Shown one piece after another: positions 11,217 through 19,751 of a stretch of DNA of 64,000 nt (position 1 is the first letter of the stretch; every line of letters starts with the position of its first letter). Source of the DNA: Gemmatimonadota bacterium (GTDB lineage Bacteria > Gemmatimonadota > Gemmatimonadetes > Gemmatimonadales > GWC2-71-9). The notes beneath the pieces were generated by a model that saw nothing but the letters and a program-made list of their open reading frames with translations, made no database searches and was not told the DNA's origin. The translations under genes and the position numbers were made by a program. The stretch is from assembly GCA_039586365.1 (NCBI GenBank), contig JBDHKN010000042.1:1-64000 (forward strand), read 5' to 3'.

Positions 11217-11611
11217 TACCGCTCATACTCCGGGCGCCACTCGCCACCGGCCAACCATCCCCTTGCTTCAGCCAGATCCCGGAAGACGTGAAGCTCTAAC
11301 CGGAGATCCACCGCGTACCCTTCAATCATGCGGGCGACGCCATACGTGACGTGCTCGGTAGCAACGATCGCCGTGCGGCCTGGTACACCCGGATGGTGTT
11401 GACGGATGAATTCAGTTACGGCGGACGCCTGGAACGCGATTGGCACGTCATGAAGCTCGGTCCAGTCCCACAGCGCAAGCAGGGGTCTGTCCACCGGACC
11501 TCCCCTGTAGATCGCACTGAGCAGGCGTTCAACCTCCTCCAACACCAGTTCGTCAACAGGAGTTATGGTGATAGCACCGATGTTCCGGTCCGCCGATACT
11601 TTGACTCCCAC
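11216..11611 (-). CDS. STAS/SpoIIAA-like small protein
   Basis: LALWDW, RTAIVA..YGVARM and HVFRDLAEARGWL pattern. Confidence 0.72.
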   Translation of the reverse strand: MGVKVSADRNIGAITITPVDELVLEEVERLLSAIYRGGPVDRPLLALWDWTELHDVPIAFQASAVTEFIRQHHPGVPGRTAIVATEHVTYGVARMIEGYAVDLRLELHVFRDLAEARGWLAGGEWRPEYER

Positions 11612-11776
11612 GCGGCTCCTTCAGTTCGTACCGATGACGACACATCATTATGGCAACCGGCCCGGCCGTCCAGTGCGCTCCGGGGACATCATATGTCGTT
11701 TTTGGGACATTTTGTCCAGAAATGGGACTCCAAACAGGATCCCTTCCAGGTTATCTGACTGACAGCGGTCCCCGCC

Positions 11777-11792
11777 TGGCAAGAGCACTGCC
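11777..11792 (+). promoter_or_regulatory. Possible sigma-54 (-24/-12) promoter
   Basis: TGGCAA-N5-CTGCC has the correct GG..GC spacing; inverted repeats GACAT-N3-ATGTC and GGACA-N3-TGTCC lie 60-90 nt upstream. Confidence 0.3.
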
Positions 11793-11902
11793 AGACGACG
11801 GCCGGTGCGCGGATCTTACACGGGGTTTCACATTCCAAGCGGATTCAGAATATTGGTCAGGTCGACCAGTGCCATTCTCCACGCCAACTGGAGCGCGGAC
11901 AG

Positions 11903-12577
11903 ATGCTCTCACTCAGTGAGTTCACACGAGTCGCACCAGTGTCCCATCGACCGCCGTTACCCCGAAGACAGTGGTTCTACGTGGCGACTGCATACCTGAT
12001 CCCGGTGGTGATCCAGGTGGCATTCCCAGAAGACCCAACCTACAGTGACGAGTTGGTGTGGCTGGTTACCCTGGCTCCGGCTTTCCTGCTATCGCTATAC
12101 TATGGGCTCAAGGGCGCGTTCGCGGCGTTGGTGATGGGTACACTTCTGTTCGTGGTGGTACAGGCGGTGGTGGCGCTCAACTACACCCCCGACGACTGGC
12201 GGATAACCGTACCCACGTACATTGCCTACGGGACGGTCTCGATCAGCGTGGGATGGCTCTCGGAACAACTGCATACCTACTACAACAGACTTCTCGGGCA
12301 GGAACGGATGGTGGCAATCGGGCAACTGGCGCTGACGGTCGAGCACGAACTCAACAACGCCCTGACGGCGATACTGACCGAGAGCCAGCTGCTCATTTCT
12401 GACGACGAGAACTTGACGGAAGACCAGAAGGAATCGGCGCGCAGTATCAACCAGAGCGCAACCCGTATGGCCCAGGACATAGAGCGGATCACCCAACTGG
12501 AAGACGCTCCACTCGTGAGCCCGGTCGACGGGTTGCACATGGTGAGCCTACACAACGCATCCCTCCGCGCAGATTGA
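11903..12577 (+). CDS. Membrane protein with a HisKA dimerisation/phospho-acceptor domain but no ATPase domain
   Basis: About four hydrophobic segments, then ERMVAIGQLALTVEHELNNALTAIL (H-box); ends about 70 aa after the His. Confidence 0.82.
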   Translation: MLSLSEFTRVAPVSHRPPLPRRQWFYVATAYLIPVVIQVAFPEDPTYSDELVWLVTLAPAFLLSLYYGLKGAFAALVMGTLLFVVVQAVVALNYTPDDWRITVPTYIAYGTVSISVGWLSEQLHTYYNRLLGQERMVAIGQLALTVEHELNNALTAILTESQLLISDDENLTEDQKESARSINQSATRMAQDIERITQLEDAPLVSPVDGLHMVSLHNASLRAD

Positions 12578-12840
12578 GAGCCAAACATGCCGGTCGCTAG
12601 GGCGTGATTCGGCTTGGGTACTTTCGGCTGTGCTTCTTGGGCACGGCCCGAATCCCCAACTGAGAACCTCTGGCCCACGCGGGGCTCTATTCAGAATGAT
12701 TCGAGAACCCGGCTGTATCCTCTGCAACGCACCGAAACCGAGTAACCCCCCGGACGGACAGTGGAGAATACACTCATGACCAGATTTCCCGAGCGAGAAG
12801 ACGAAGTAGCTGTCCTCGCAGAAGGGCCCATCGAGGGACA

Positions 12841-12895
12841 CAGTCCCTCACCGTCCCTCAGCATGCCTCACCGTATCTCCCACTCCCCTTGCCCC
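12841..12895. repeat. 10-bp repeat family, reverse orientation
   Basis: cagtccctca ccgtccctca gcatgcctca ccgtatctcc, complementary to the tgagggacgg units at 3560-3590. Confidence 0.6.
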
Positions 12896-12949
12896 ATCGA
12901 TAAGTCGACACTAGCATGCGAATAATGCCAACAGTTATGGCTGCAGGAG

Positions 12950-13366
12950 GTGGACGTGATTCTGTCTAGCACAGCGGAGTACGCGCTGCGAGCAATTCTA
13001 TATTTGGCTGAACGTGGTGAGAATGGACCCGTGCCGGCCGCCGAAGTGTCGGCCGCCCTCAAGATCCCGCCGAACTACCTGGGGAAGATCCTCCACGAGT
13101 TGGCCCGATCGAAGATTCTGACCTCGTCGCGCGGAAAGCGCGGCGGATTCGTCCTGGCGGTCAATCCGGACCGATTGCCACTGCTGAAGGTGGTGTCGCT
13201 GTTCGACGACTTCTCACAGGAACGCCGGTGCCTGCTGGGTCGTAGTCGCTGCAACGATCAGAACCCCTGCCTCGCGCACGACCGGTGGAGAGATGTGTCG
13301 GAACAGGTGACGACTTTCTTCCGAGAGACAACGGTTGGGCACCTGCTGAAGGAAGCCCAAGGCTGA
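12950..13366 (+). CDS. Rrf2 family transcriptional regulator
   Basis: AEYALRA, YLGKIL and SSRGKRGGFVLA motifs; Cys cluster CLLGRSRCNDQNPC; SD GGAGG upstream. Confidence 0.95.
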   Translation: MDVILSSTAEYALRAILYLAERGENGPVPAAEVSAALKIPPNYLGKILHELARSKILTSSRGKRGGFVLAVNPDRLPLLKVVSLFDDFSQERRCLLGRSRCNDQNPCLAHDRWRDVSEQVTTFFRETTVGHLLKEAQG

Positions 13367-13628
13367 GAGGTAGTAGCAGTCGCAGGAGAACCCTCACCCC
13401 AAACGCTCCTCGGTGACCTAGCCCCATTTCAACGTTCGACACCGAAGTAATTGCGGTACAATAACTTGCCGCCGTCAGTGGCAGCCCAGAAGCCGCCCGG
13501 ACCCCTCGCTAGCTATTGAGGACGCGGGTCGTCACTCTCTGACGAACCGTGGCGTCGCTACACCGAGTCACCCGCGCAGCAAACCTTCTTGACTCGGGCT
13601 TGATCCAGACCAGCGACTGTCAATTACC

Positions 13629-14129
13629 ATGATACTGTTTCTCTACGCGTTCGCGTCCAATGTGGCATTGGCCATCATCCCGCACGAGCCAGTGGTCATC
13701 TGGTATGGCGCACAAGTGGGTGTTTGGCTCACAGCGTCGATCGCCACTGCCGGCACGTTGGCCGCTTCATTGATCGACCACCGGGTCTTCGTCCCGCTGC
13801 TCCTGCGCGCTTCAGATAGCAGGCCGCTCAGCAGGGGCCCGGCCGGATTGATGCTGCGGTTGTTCGGCCGCGCACCGTTCACCATCATCGCCCTGTCGGG
13901 TCTGACACCATTGCCGTTCTGGCCATTCAAGGCAATGGCGTTTGCCAGAGGTTACCCCTTGGGGCGCTACTTGGCAGCGGTCGCAGCCGGTCGGTTTCCC
14001 CGCTACTTGCTCCTCGCCTGGTTCGGTGTGGTGCTGAGCATTCCCGCGTGGGTTTTGGTCGCGGCGCTACTGGGGCTGATGATCCCTTCACTGAGGTTGA
14101 TTCCATGGCAACGGCAACGCGCGAATTGA
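13629..14129 (+). CDS. VTT/DedA-like (SNARE-associated) membrane protein
   Basis: Hydrophobic; PHEP, LTPLPFWPFK and GRFPRY motifs. Confidence 0.78.
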   Translation: MILFLYAFASNVALAIIPHEPVVIWYGAQVGVWLTASIATAGTLAASLIDHRVFVPLLLRASDSRPLSRGPAGLMLRLFGRAPFTIIALSGLTPLPFWPFKAMAFARGYPLGRYLAAVAAGRFPRYLLLAWFGVVLSIPAWVLVAALLGLMIPSLRLIPWQRQRAN

Positions 14130-14797
14130 CATTCCTGCTCGCGGAGCCGGAGCGCCGTTTGCTCCGGGGCATCGCCCGTCTCATTCCGCTCCGCTTCAAC
14201 TCCAACCACTTGACGGCGCTGGGGGTTATAGGGGCGGCCGGCACCGGTGCCGCCTACGCACTGTCGAGCCTAGACATCCGGTGGCTCTGGGCGGCGAGCC
14301 TCATGCTAGCGGTGAACTGGTTCGGTGACAGTCTGGACGGCACCCTGGCCCGCGTCCGCAAGGCCGAGCGCCCCCGGTATGGCTATTACCTCGACCACTT
14401 CGTGGACGCCTTCGCCACCGCAGCTATCGGTGTTGGCATCGGGCTGTCACCGTTCGTGAGCTTGCCGGTCGCCCTGGTCCTGGTGGTGTTCTACTTGGCG
14501 CTGTCGATAAACGTGTATCTGGAGTCCCACGTCTTTGGCGTCTTCAAGTTGGCCTACGGCAAGATCGGCCCGACGGAGGCCCGGATCATTCTGATTGTGG
14601 TCAACAGCATGTTGGTGCTGGTATCTCATGCCAGCGGCGTTCCGGCACAGATCGTTCCTGTGCTGGGTAATTCGCTTGCTGTGCTGCTCGCCGTTGGGAT
14701 GGTGGTGACTCTCGCAGTGAGATTCGGGAAGAACCTCAGCCGGTTGGCGAGGCTGGAACCGAGGAAGCGGGTGGCACGAGCAGCACAGGTAGGATGA
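14105..14797 (+). CDS. CDP-alcohol phosphatidyltransferase family protein
   Basis: Signature DSLDGTLAR..GYYLDHFVD; GPTEAR motif. Confidence 0.93.
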   Translation: MATATRELTFLLAEPERRLLRGIARLIPLRFNSNHLTALGVIGAAGTGAAYALSSLDIRWLWAASLMLAVNWFGDSLDGTLARVRKAERPRYGYYLDHFVDAFATAAIGVGIGLSPFVSLPVALVLVVFYLALSINVYLESHVFGVFKLAYGKIGPTEARIILIVVNSMLVLVSHASGVPAQIVPVLGNSLAVLLAVGMVVTLAVRFGKNLSRLARLEPRKRVARAAQVG

Positions 14798-14810
14798 TGC
14801 GGTCCCCACT

Positions 14811-14851
14811 GCCTTGCCACCCGTCCCCCGGGGGAAAACGGGTGGCAGGGC
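14811..14851. terminator. Strong hairpin between the convergent CDS and the tRNA pair
   Basis: TGCCACCCGT (14815-14824) pairs with ACGGGTGGCA (14838-14847). Confidence 0.55.
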
Positions 14852-14858
14852 AAGGGAG

Positions 14859-14930
14859 TGCCCCCAAGGGGAGTTGAACCCCTGTCACCACCTTGAAAGA
14901 GTGGTGTCCTGACCGCTAGACGATGGGGGC
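14859..14930 (-). tRNA. tRNA-Glu (TTC)
   Basis: GCCCCCATCGTCTAGCGGTCAGGACACCACT-CTTTCAA-GGTGG...GGTTCAACTCC cloverleaf; no encoded CCA. Confidence 0.95.
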
Positions 14931-14966
14931 TTCTTCCCCGTGACCGGTGGCAGGGGAAAGGAGAGG

Positions 14967-15039
14967 TAGCGGTAACGGGATTCGAACCCGTGTTTCAGCC
15001 TTGAGAGGGCTGCGTCCTGGTCCCCTAGACGATACCGCC
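14967..15039 (-). tRNA. tRNA-Glu (CTC)
   Basis: GGCGGTATCGTCTAGGGGACCAGGACGCAGCC-CTCTCAA-GGCTG...GGTTCGAATCC cloverleaf; no encoded CCA. Confidence 0.95.
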
Positions 15040-15195
15040 ACGGCACCTGCCGGAGCAGAGCAAAGCAATATCATCGGGATCAACGCTCGACGCAAGATGA
15101 ATGTATGAGCCTTCTTGCGTCGCGTTCCTGCCGCCTGCCTATTACTAGCGCTCCCAAGCTGTCACAGCGAACAGACAACGGATTGGTGACTGGCC

Positions 15196-16938
15196 ATGCG
15201 CAGAACTCTCACGCTCATATCGATCTACACCCTGGCGGTCACGGCATGTAATCGTGCCACCGCCGCCGACCTCCTGCTCTTGAACGGGCGGGTCTACACG
15301 CTCACGTGGCACGAGCCTGCCCTCGACGGTACACCCGCGCCGAACGCGCCCTACGACGAACTAGGGTGGCACCCTGATGCAGAAGCAGTGGCCGTCAAGA
15401 ACGGTGCGATCGTCTTCGTGGGTCACAACACAGAGGCTGAGATCTACCGCGGGGACCGCACCGAGGTGATCGACTTGAACGACGCCACGGTCATCCCGGG
15501 CCTAGTGGATTCGCACGTGCACATCAAGGAGTTGGGAGCGAACCTGGAGCGAGTCAACCTAGCCGGTGTACCTACGGAACGTGAGATAGTTGATCTGATC
15601 GCGAACCGGGCGGCAGCCGTGCCCGAGGGTGAGTGGATCATCGGCTGGGGTTGGGACGAGGGGGTGTGGGCCGCCAAGTACCCCACCATGCAACTCTTGA
15701 GCGAACGGGTCCCGAACCACCCGGTCTATCTCGGCGGCCTGCACGGTTTTGCCGTTTGGGGCAACCGTTTGGCCTTTGAGCGGGCCGGTATCACCGGCCA
15801 GACCGAGTCTCCCTCCGGTGGTGAGATACTGAAGGACCGCTCCGGTAATCCCACCGGAGTCCTGCTCAACCGGGCTACTCTGCTGCTAGAAGCTGCCGTA
15901 CCACCGATCAGCATCGAGCACCTCAAATCACGAGTCCTGGCAGGGCTCCAGGAGATGGCGGCGTCAGGCTTCGTGGCGGTGCACGAGGCGGGTGCCGAGT
16001 CGGAGTTGATGCAGGCCTTCGAAGAACTGGAAGCGGAAGGCAGGCTTCCAATTCGGGTTTTCGCTATGATCAGAGCGAGAGATGAAGCTCTCCTGCGCCG
16101 CTGGGAGCAGAGCGGTCCGCAGCGGGCTTCCGGCGCCATGCTGACGACCCGCTGTGTGAAAGCATTCTACGACGGCGCACTTGGGTCCAGGGGGGCGCGG
16201 CTGCTGGAGGACTACTCCGACCAACCCGGGCACAGGGGCGTGAGTGGCGGAGAATATGGTTTCAACGAAGAGCTAGTCGCCGACATGATCCGAGCGGGGT
16301 TCCAGGTGGAGATCCACGCGATTGGCGATGCAGGGAATCGGGAGACGTTGGACTTCTTAGAGAGGATGGCTACCGGCACTCCGGAATCGAGCCAGTTGCG
16401 CCACAAGATTGCCCATGCCCAAGTGCTGCACCCGAACGACGTCGGTCGCTTCGCCCAGCTCGGGATCATTGCCTCAATGCAGCCACCTCATGTTGCCGAA
16501 GACAAGACCTGGGCCGAAGATCGTCTGGGGCCCGAGCGCGTACGCTACGCCTATGCTTGGCGCTCACTGCGAGAGTCAGGAGCGCGACTGATATTCAACT
16601 CGGACCTGGCCGGTTCCGATCACGATATCTTCTACGGGCTGCATGCCGCCATAACTCGACGGGACAAGGAACAGCAACCCGAGGCGGGTTGGCACCCGGA
16701 GCAGCGCATGACACCGGAGGAAGCCCTACGTGGCTACACGGTGTGGCCCGCATATGCGGCTTTCGAGGAGGAGAACACGGGAGCCCTGGCACCCGGCAGA
16801 TGGGCCGACATCACCGTAATTGACGTCGACCCACTGAACCTAGGAGCCACTTCACCGGGTGAGCTGTTAAATGGCTCGGTCCTCTTCACTATCGTGGGCG
16901 GCGAGATAGTCCATCGGGCCGGCGAGGATCAGGCGTAG
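15196..16938 (+). CDS. Amidohydrolase, YtcJ-like (amidohydrolase 3), probable lipoprotein
   Basis: PGLVDSHVH, DGALGSRGA, HAIGDAGN and G.WAD motifs; lipobox-like VTAC. Confidence 0.92.
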   Translation: MRRTLTLISIYTLAVTACNRATAADLLLLNGRVYTLTWHEPALDGTPAPNAPYDELGWHPDAEAVAVKNGAIVFVGHNTEAEIYRGDRTEVIDLNDATVIPGLVDSHVHIKELGANLERVNLAGVPTEREIVDLIANRAAAVPEGEWIIGWGWDEGVWAAKYPTMQLLSERVPNHPVYLGGLHGFAVWGNRLAFERAGITGQTESPSGGEILKDRSGNPTGVLLNRATLLLEAAVPPISIEHLKSRVLAGLQEMAASGFVAVHEAGAESELMQAFEELEAEGRLPIRVFAMIRARDEALLRRWEQSGPQRASGAMLTTRCVKAFYDGALGSRGARLLEDYSDQPGHRGVSGGEYGFNEELVADMIRAGFQVEIHAIGDAGNRETLDFLERMATGTPESSQLRHKIAHAQVLHPNDVGRFAQLGIIASMQPPHVAEDKTWAEDRLGPERVRYAYAWRSLRESGARLIFNSDLAGSDHDIFYGLHAAITRRDKEQQPEAGWHPEQRMTPEEALRGYTVWPAYAAFEEENTGALAPGRWADITVIDVDPLNLGATSPGELLNGSVLFTIVGGEIVHRAGEDQA

Positions 16939-17081
16939 CGGTGCAAGACCAAAGAGCCAGGGTGAGGTCCTGGCCGCTCGAGAATGGGCGGCGCGCCTCA
17001 GGTTCGAGAAACCGCCCGCCAGTTCAGCCGTATTCTATAGTAGAGAGATTGATACTCTCAGGCGCATTACACGGAGCCACG

Positions 17082-17261
17082 ATGCTACGATTGCTAGACT
17101 TGCTCAGTGGGCGAATCCTGCTCGGGAAGCGGGGACCCCACTCCCGCCGCCCGCCCTGCACCCCCGCACCTCCCAAAGATCCTCCACCGGTTCGTCCCGG
17201 TGAGCCTTGGTGTAGCACGGGACCGGAGCTGAAGATCCGGAAGCAGCGAAAGGGGAAATAA
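17082..17261 (+). CDS. Possible small Pro-rich protein (59 aa)
   Basis: ATG preceded by GGAG; stop abuts a heptamer array; no recognisable family. Confidence 0.3.
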   Translation: MLRLLDLLSGRILLGKRGPHSRRPPCTPAPPKDPPPVRPGEPWCSTGPELKIRKQRKGK

Positions 17262-17380
17262 CCGGGAGCGGGGAGCAAGGAGCGGAGAGCTGGGAGCGGG
17301 AAGCCTTAGGTGGTATGTAGCCCACGTGATCACAACGTCCACCGGCCCGCTCCCTGCTCCCCGCTCTCAGCTCCCGGTTA
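17259..17380. repeat. Inverted pair of 7-bp NRRGAGC arrays (empty form)
   Basis: Left arm cgggagc ggggagc aaggagc ggagagc tgggagc gggaagc; right arm is complementary; outer 11 bp TAACCGGGAGC/GCTCCCGGTTA are perfectly inverted. Confidence 0.88.
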
Positions 17381-18038
17381 ACAACCGGACAAGCCCCCCC
17401 AGCGTTTCCACTTCTGCGACCAGCCGCACACCTCCCACCGCTGGCTCTCGCTTGCGGTTTACCCACACCGCCGGGATGCCCAATGTGCCGGCTGGGACAA
17501 TGTCATGGAACAGGCTCTGTGCCACGTGGAGCCAGCGAGATCCGCCCAACAATTCGCGAGCCCTGAGAAAGTGCGCGTGTGCTGGCTTGTAGGAACGCAC
17601 TTGCTCTGCGGTAATGAGGAAATCAAACTCGACGGAGAGATTCCGCAGCGTTCCCTCCAGCAGATCATCATCGACGTTCGAGAGAATCCCTAGCTGGTAA
17701 CCCGCGGCCTTGAGCCGCTCGAGCGCGGCGTTCGTGTCGCCGAACGGAGTCCAAGCTGCAACGCTGTCGGCCAGGAATCCGGCCCGTTCGGGCACTAGAT
17801 CCCAACCCAGGCCTCGCGCCAGCGCCACTGCCACATCGCGCAAGACTGCCTTGTAGGGCTGATATTCCTCAGCTTGCACCGTCGGCTCCACACGATGGTA
17901 CTCCGCCACTATTGCTTCGCGCTCTAGCTCAATCCCATCGTGCGCCGCCGCAGTCTGGATCGCCGTGGTGATGCCCGTTTCCCAATCGATTAGGGTCCCG
18001 TAGCAGTCAAACGTCAGCGCATCGTATGGATAGTCCAT
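17367..18038 (-). CDS. HAD-superfamily hydrolase (haloacid dehalogenase type II-like)
   Basis: TFDCYGTLIDWE, LSNVDD, SYKP and HVAQSLFHDI motifs. Confidence 0.92.
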   Translation of the reverse strand: MDYPYDALTFDCYGTLIDWETGITTAIQTAAAHDGIELEREAIVAEYHRVEPTVQAEEYQPYKAVLRDVAVALARGLGWDLVPERAGFLADSVAAWTPFGDTNAALERLKAAGYQLGILSNVDDDLLEGTLRNLSVEFDFLITAEQVRSYKPAHAHFLRARELLGGSRWLHVAQSLFHDIVPAGTLGIPAVWVNRKREPAVGGVRLVAEVETLGGLVRLLTGS

Positions 18039-18128
18039 CGCAACCCGCGGGTAGGGTGTGGTCGAACCGGCCGAGCGATAAATTTACCGCATCGATTCAC
18101 CCGAAGCCTACCAGCGAAGGAGTCTGTC

Positions 18129-19007
18129 ATGAGATCTTGCCGAGCCGTGATTTCACTCGGTGGTTTGTGGTTGTTCGCCACTTTCCTGGCGAGCGAACTA
18201 AAGGCCCAGGAGTACGGACCCGAAAACGGATCGCTAGTGATCGTCGGCGGTGCCATGCGTGACGAAGCTATCGTGAATCGGTTCCTCAGTCTTGCGGGTG
18301 GTCCGGACGCGCCGATAGTCATCATTCCCACTGCTGGTGGTGCAGCCGAGTATGACCGGTGGTGGAGCGGCACGCGGCAGTTCAAGGCGGCGGGAGCCAC
18401 TAACATCACCGTGCTGCACACCACTGAGCGGGACGTGGCCAACTCGGAAGAGTTCGTGCAACCCATCAAACAAGCTCGCGCAGTATGGTTTGGCGGCGGT
18501 CGGCAGTGGCGGCTGGCCGATGCCTACCTCGACACGCAGGTTCACGAAGAGCTGTGGGCTCTGCTGCAGCGGGGAGGAGTGATCGGTGGATCCTCGGCCG
18601 GTGCGACTATCCAGGGCGAGTATTTGGCGCGTGGCGATACCGAGACCAACACGATAATGATGGGCGATCATGAGGTCGGCATGGGGTTCCTGAAGAATTC
18701 CGCTATCGATCAGCATCTGTTGAGACGGAATCGCCAGTTCGACCTGATCGAAATAATCGAGGCGCACCCCGAATTGCTCGGTATCGGCATCGATGAGAAC
18801 ACCGCTATCGTGGTGCAGGGTGATCGATTCGACGTCATGGGCCAGGGCTATGTGGCCATTTACGACTACAACCGGACACTGGATTCCGGCGGGCAGTTCT
18901 ATTTTCTCGCCCCAGGTGATCGCTTCGATCTGAGCACCAGAGAGGCCACCCGACCCCAGAACACCCAGCAGCCGCTGGAGCGAGTAGTGCTGCGGAAGTG
19001 GCGGTGA
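18129..19007 (+). CDS. cphB: Cyanophycinase (peptidase S51) with signal peptide
   Basis: LVIVGG, IIPTA, FGGGRQ, nucleophile GGSSAGA, IDQH and GIGIDENT motifs. Confidence 0.88.
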   Translation: MRSCRAVISLGGLWLFATFLASELKAQEYGPENGSLVIVGGAMRDEAIVNRFLSLAGGPDAPIVIIPTAGGAAEYDRWWSGTRQFKAAGATNITVLHTTERDVANSEEFVQPIKQARAVWFGGGRQWRLADAYLDTQVHEELWALLQRGGVIGGSSAGATIQGEYLARGDTETNTIMMGDHEVGMGFLKNSAIDQHLLRRNRQFDLIEIIEAHPELLGIGIDENTAIVVQGDRFDVMGQGYVAIYDYNRTLDSGGQFYFLAPGDRFDLSTREATRPQNTQQPLERVVLRKWR

Positions 19008-19008
19008 C

Positions 19009-19032
19009 GGGGAGCCGGGAGGTGGGAGCCGT
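19009..19032. repeat. Short single-arm 7-bp array
   Basis: ggggagc cgggagg tgggagc directly after the cyanophycinase stop. Confidence 0.6.
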
Positions 19033-19104
19033 AGCCGCAAGTAGTACCCACCCTAACCATCTTTCACCGGCGCCACCGATTCTTCTCACAGAGGGCCACC
19101 TTGC

Positions 19105-19680
19105 ATGACTCTACGACGCTGCGAGTGGTGTCTGGGAAACGACTTGATGATCGCCTACCACGATGACGAATGGGGCGTTCCGGTGCACGACGACAGGAGG
19201 CTATTCGAGCACCTCGTGCTCGACGGTTTCCAGGCTGGCTTGAGCTGGTCTACCATCCTCAACAAACGTGAGAACTTCAGGGCAGCCTTCGACGACTTCG
19301 CGGCTGAGAGAATCGCGCGGTACACCAAGCACAAGATCGAGCGGCTGTTGACAAACCCAGGTATCGTGCGTAATCGCCAAAAAGTGCTGGCCGCCGTGTC
19401 CAATGCCAGGGCATTTCTCGAACTCCAACAGGAGTTCGGGACGTTTGATTCCTTTATCTGGCAGTTCGTCGGAGGCCAGCCCAAACAGAACCGCTGGAGA
19501 TCGCTGCGGCAGCTTCCGGCCAAGACGAAACAGTCGGAGGCCATGAGCAAGTCGCTCAAAGAGCGCGGTTTCAAGTTCGTGGGATCCACCATCTGCTACG
19601 CGTTCATGCAAGCGGCGGGGATGGTGAATGATCATGTCGTGAGCTGCTTCAGATACCGGGAGCTGGGAGCGGAGAGCTGA
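19105..19680 (+). CDS. tag: DNA-3-methyladenine glycosylase I
   Basis: RCEW, YHDDEWG, FQAGLSWSTIL, IVRNRQK and GFKFVGSTICYAFMQAAGMVNDH motifs. Confidence 0.97.
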   Translation: MTLRRCEWCLGNDLMIAYHDDEWGVPVHDDRRLFEHLVLDGFQAGLSWSTILNKRENFRAAFDDFAAERIARYTKHKIERLLTNPGIVRNRQKVLAAVSNARAFLELQQEFGTFDSFIWQFVGGQPKQNRWRSLRQLPAKTKQSEAMSKSLKERGFKFVGSTICYAFMQAAGMVNDHVVSCFRYRELGAES

Positions 19681-19748
19681 GAACCGTGACGCAAGGACGT
19701 GCGAACTAGGAAGGGCTCGGCTCCCTGCTCCCCGCTCTCGGCTCCCCG
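19657..19748. repeat. Inverted pair of 7-bp arrays (empty form) between convergent genes
   Basis: cgggagc tgggagc ggagagc tgagaac, a 30-nt spacer, then gctccct gctcccc gctctcg gctcccc. Confidence 0.85.
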
Positions 19749-19751
19749 TGT

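Noticed and set aside
14859..15039. tRNA genes as an integration site for an island
   Set aside because: No integrase and no duplicated tRNA 3' end seen
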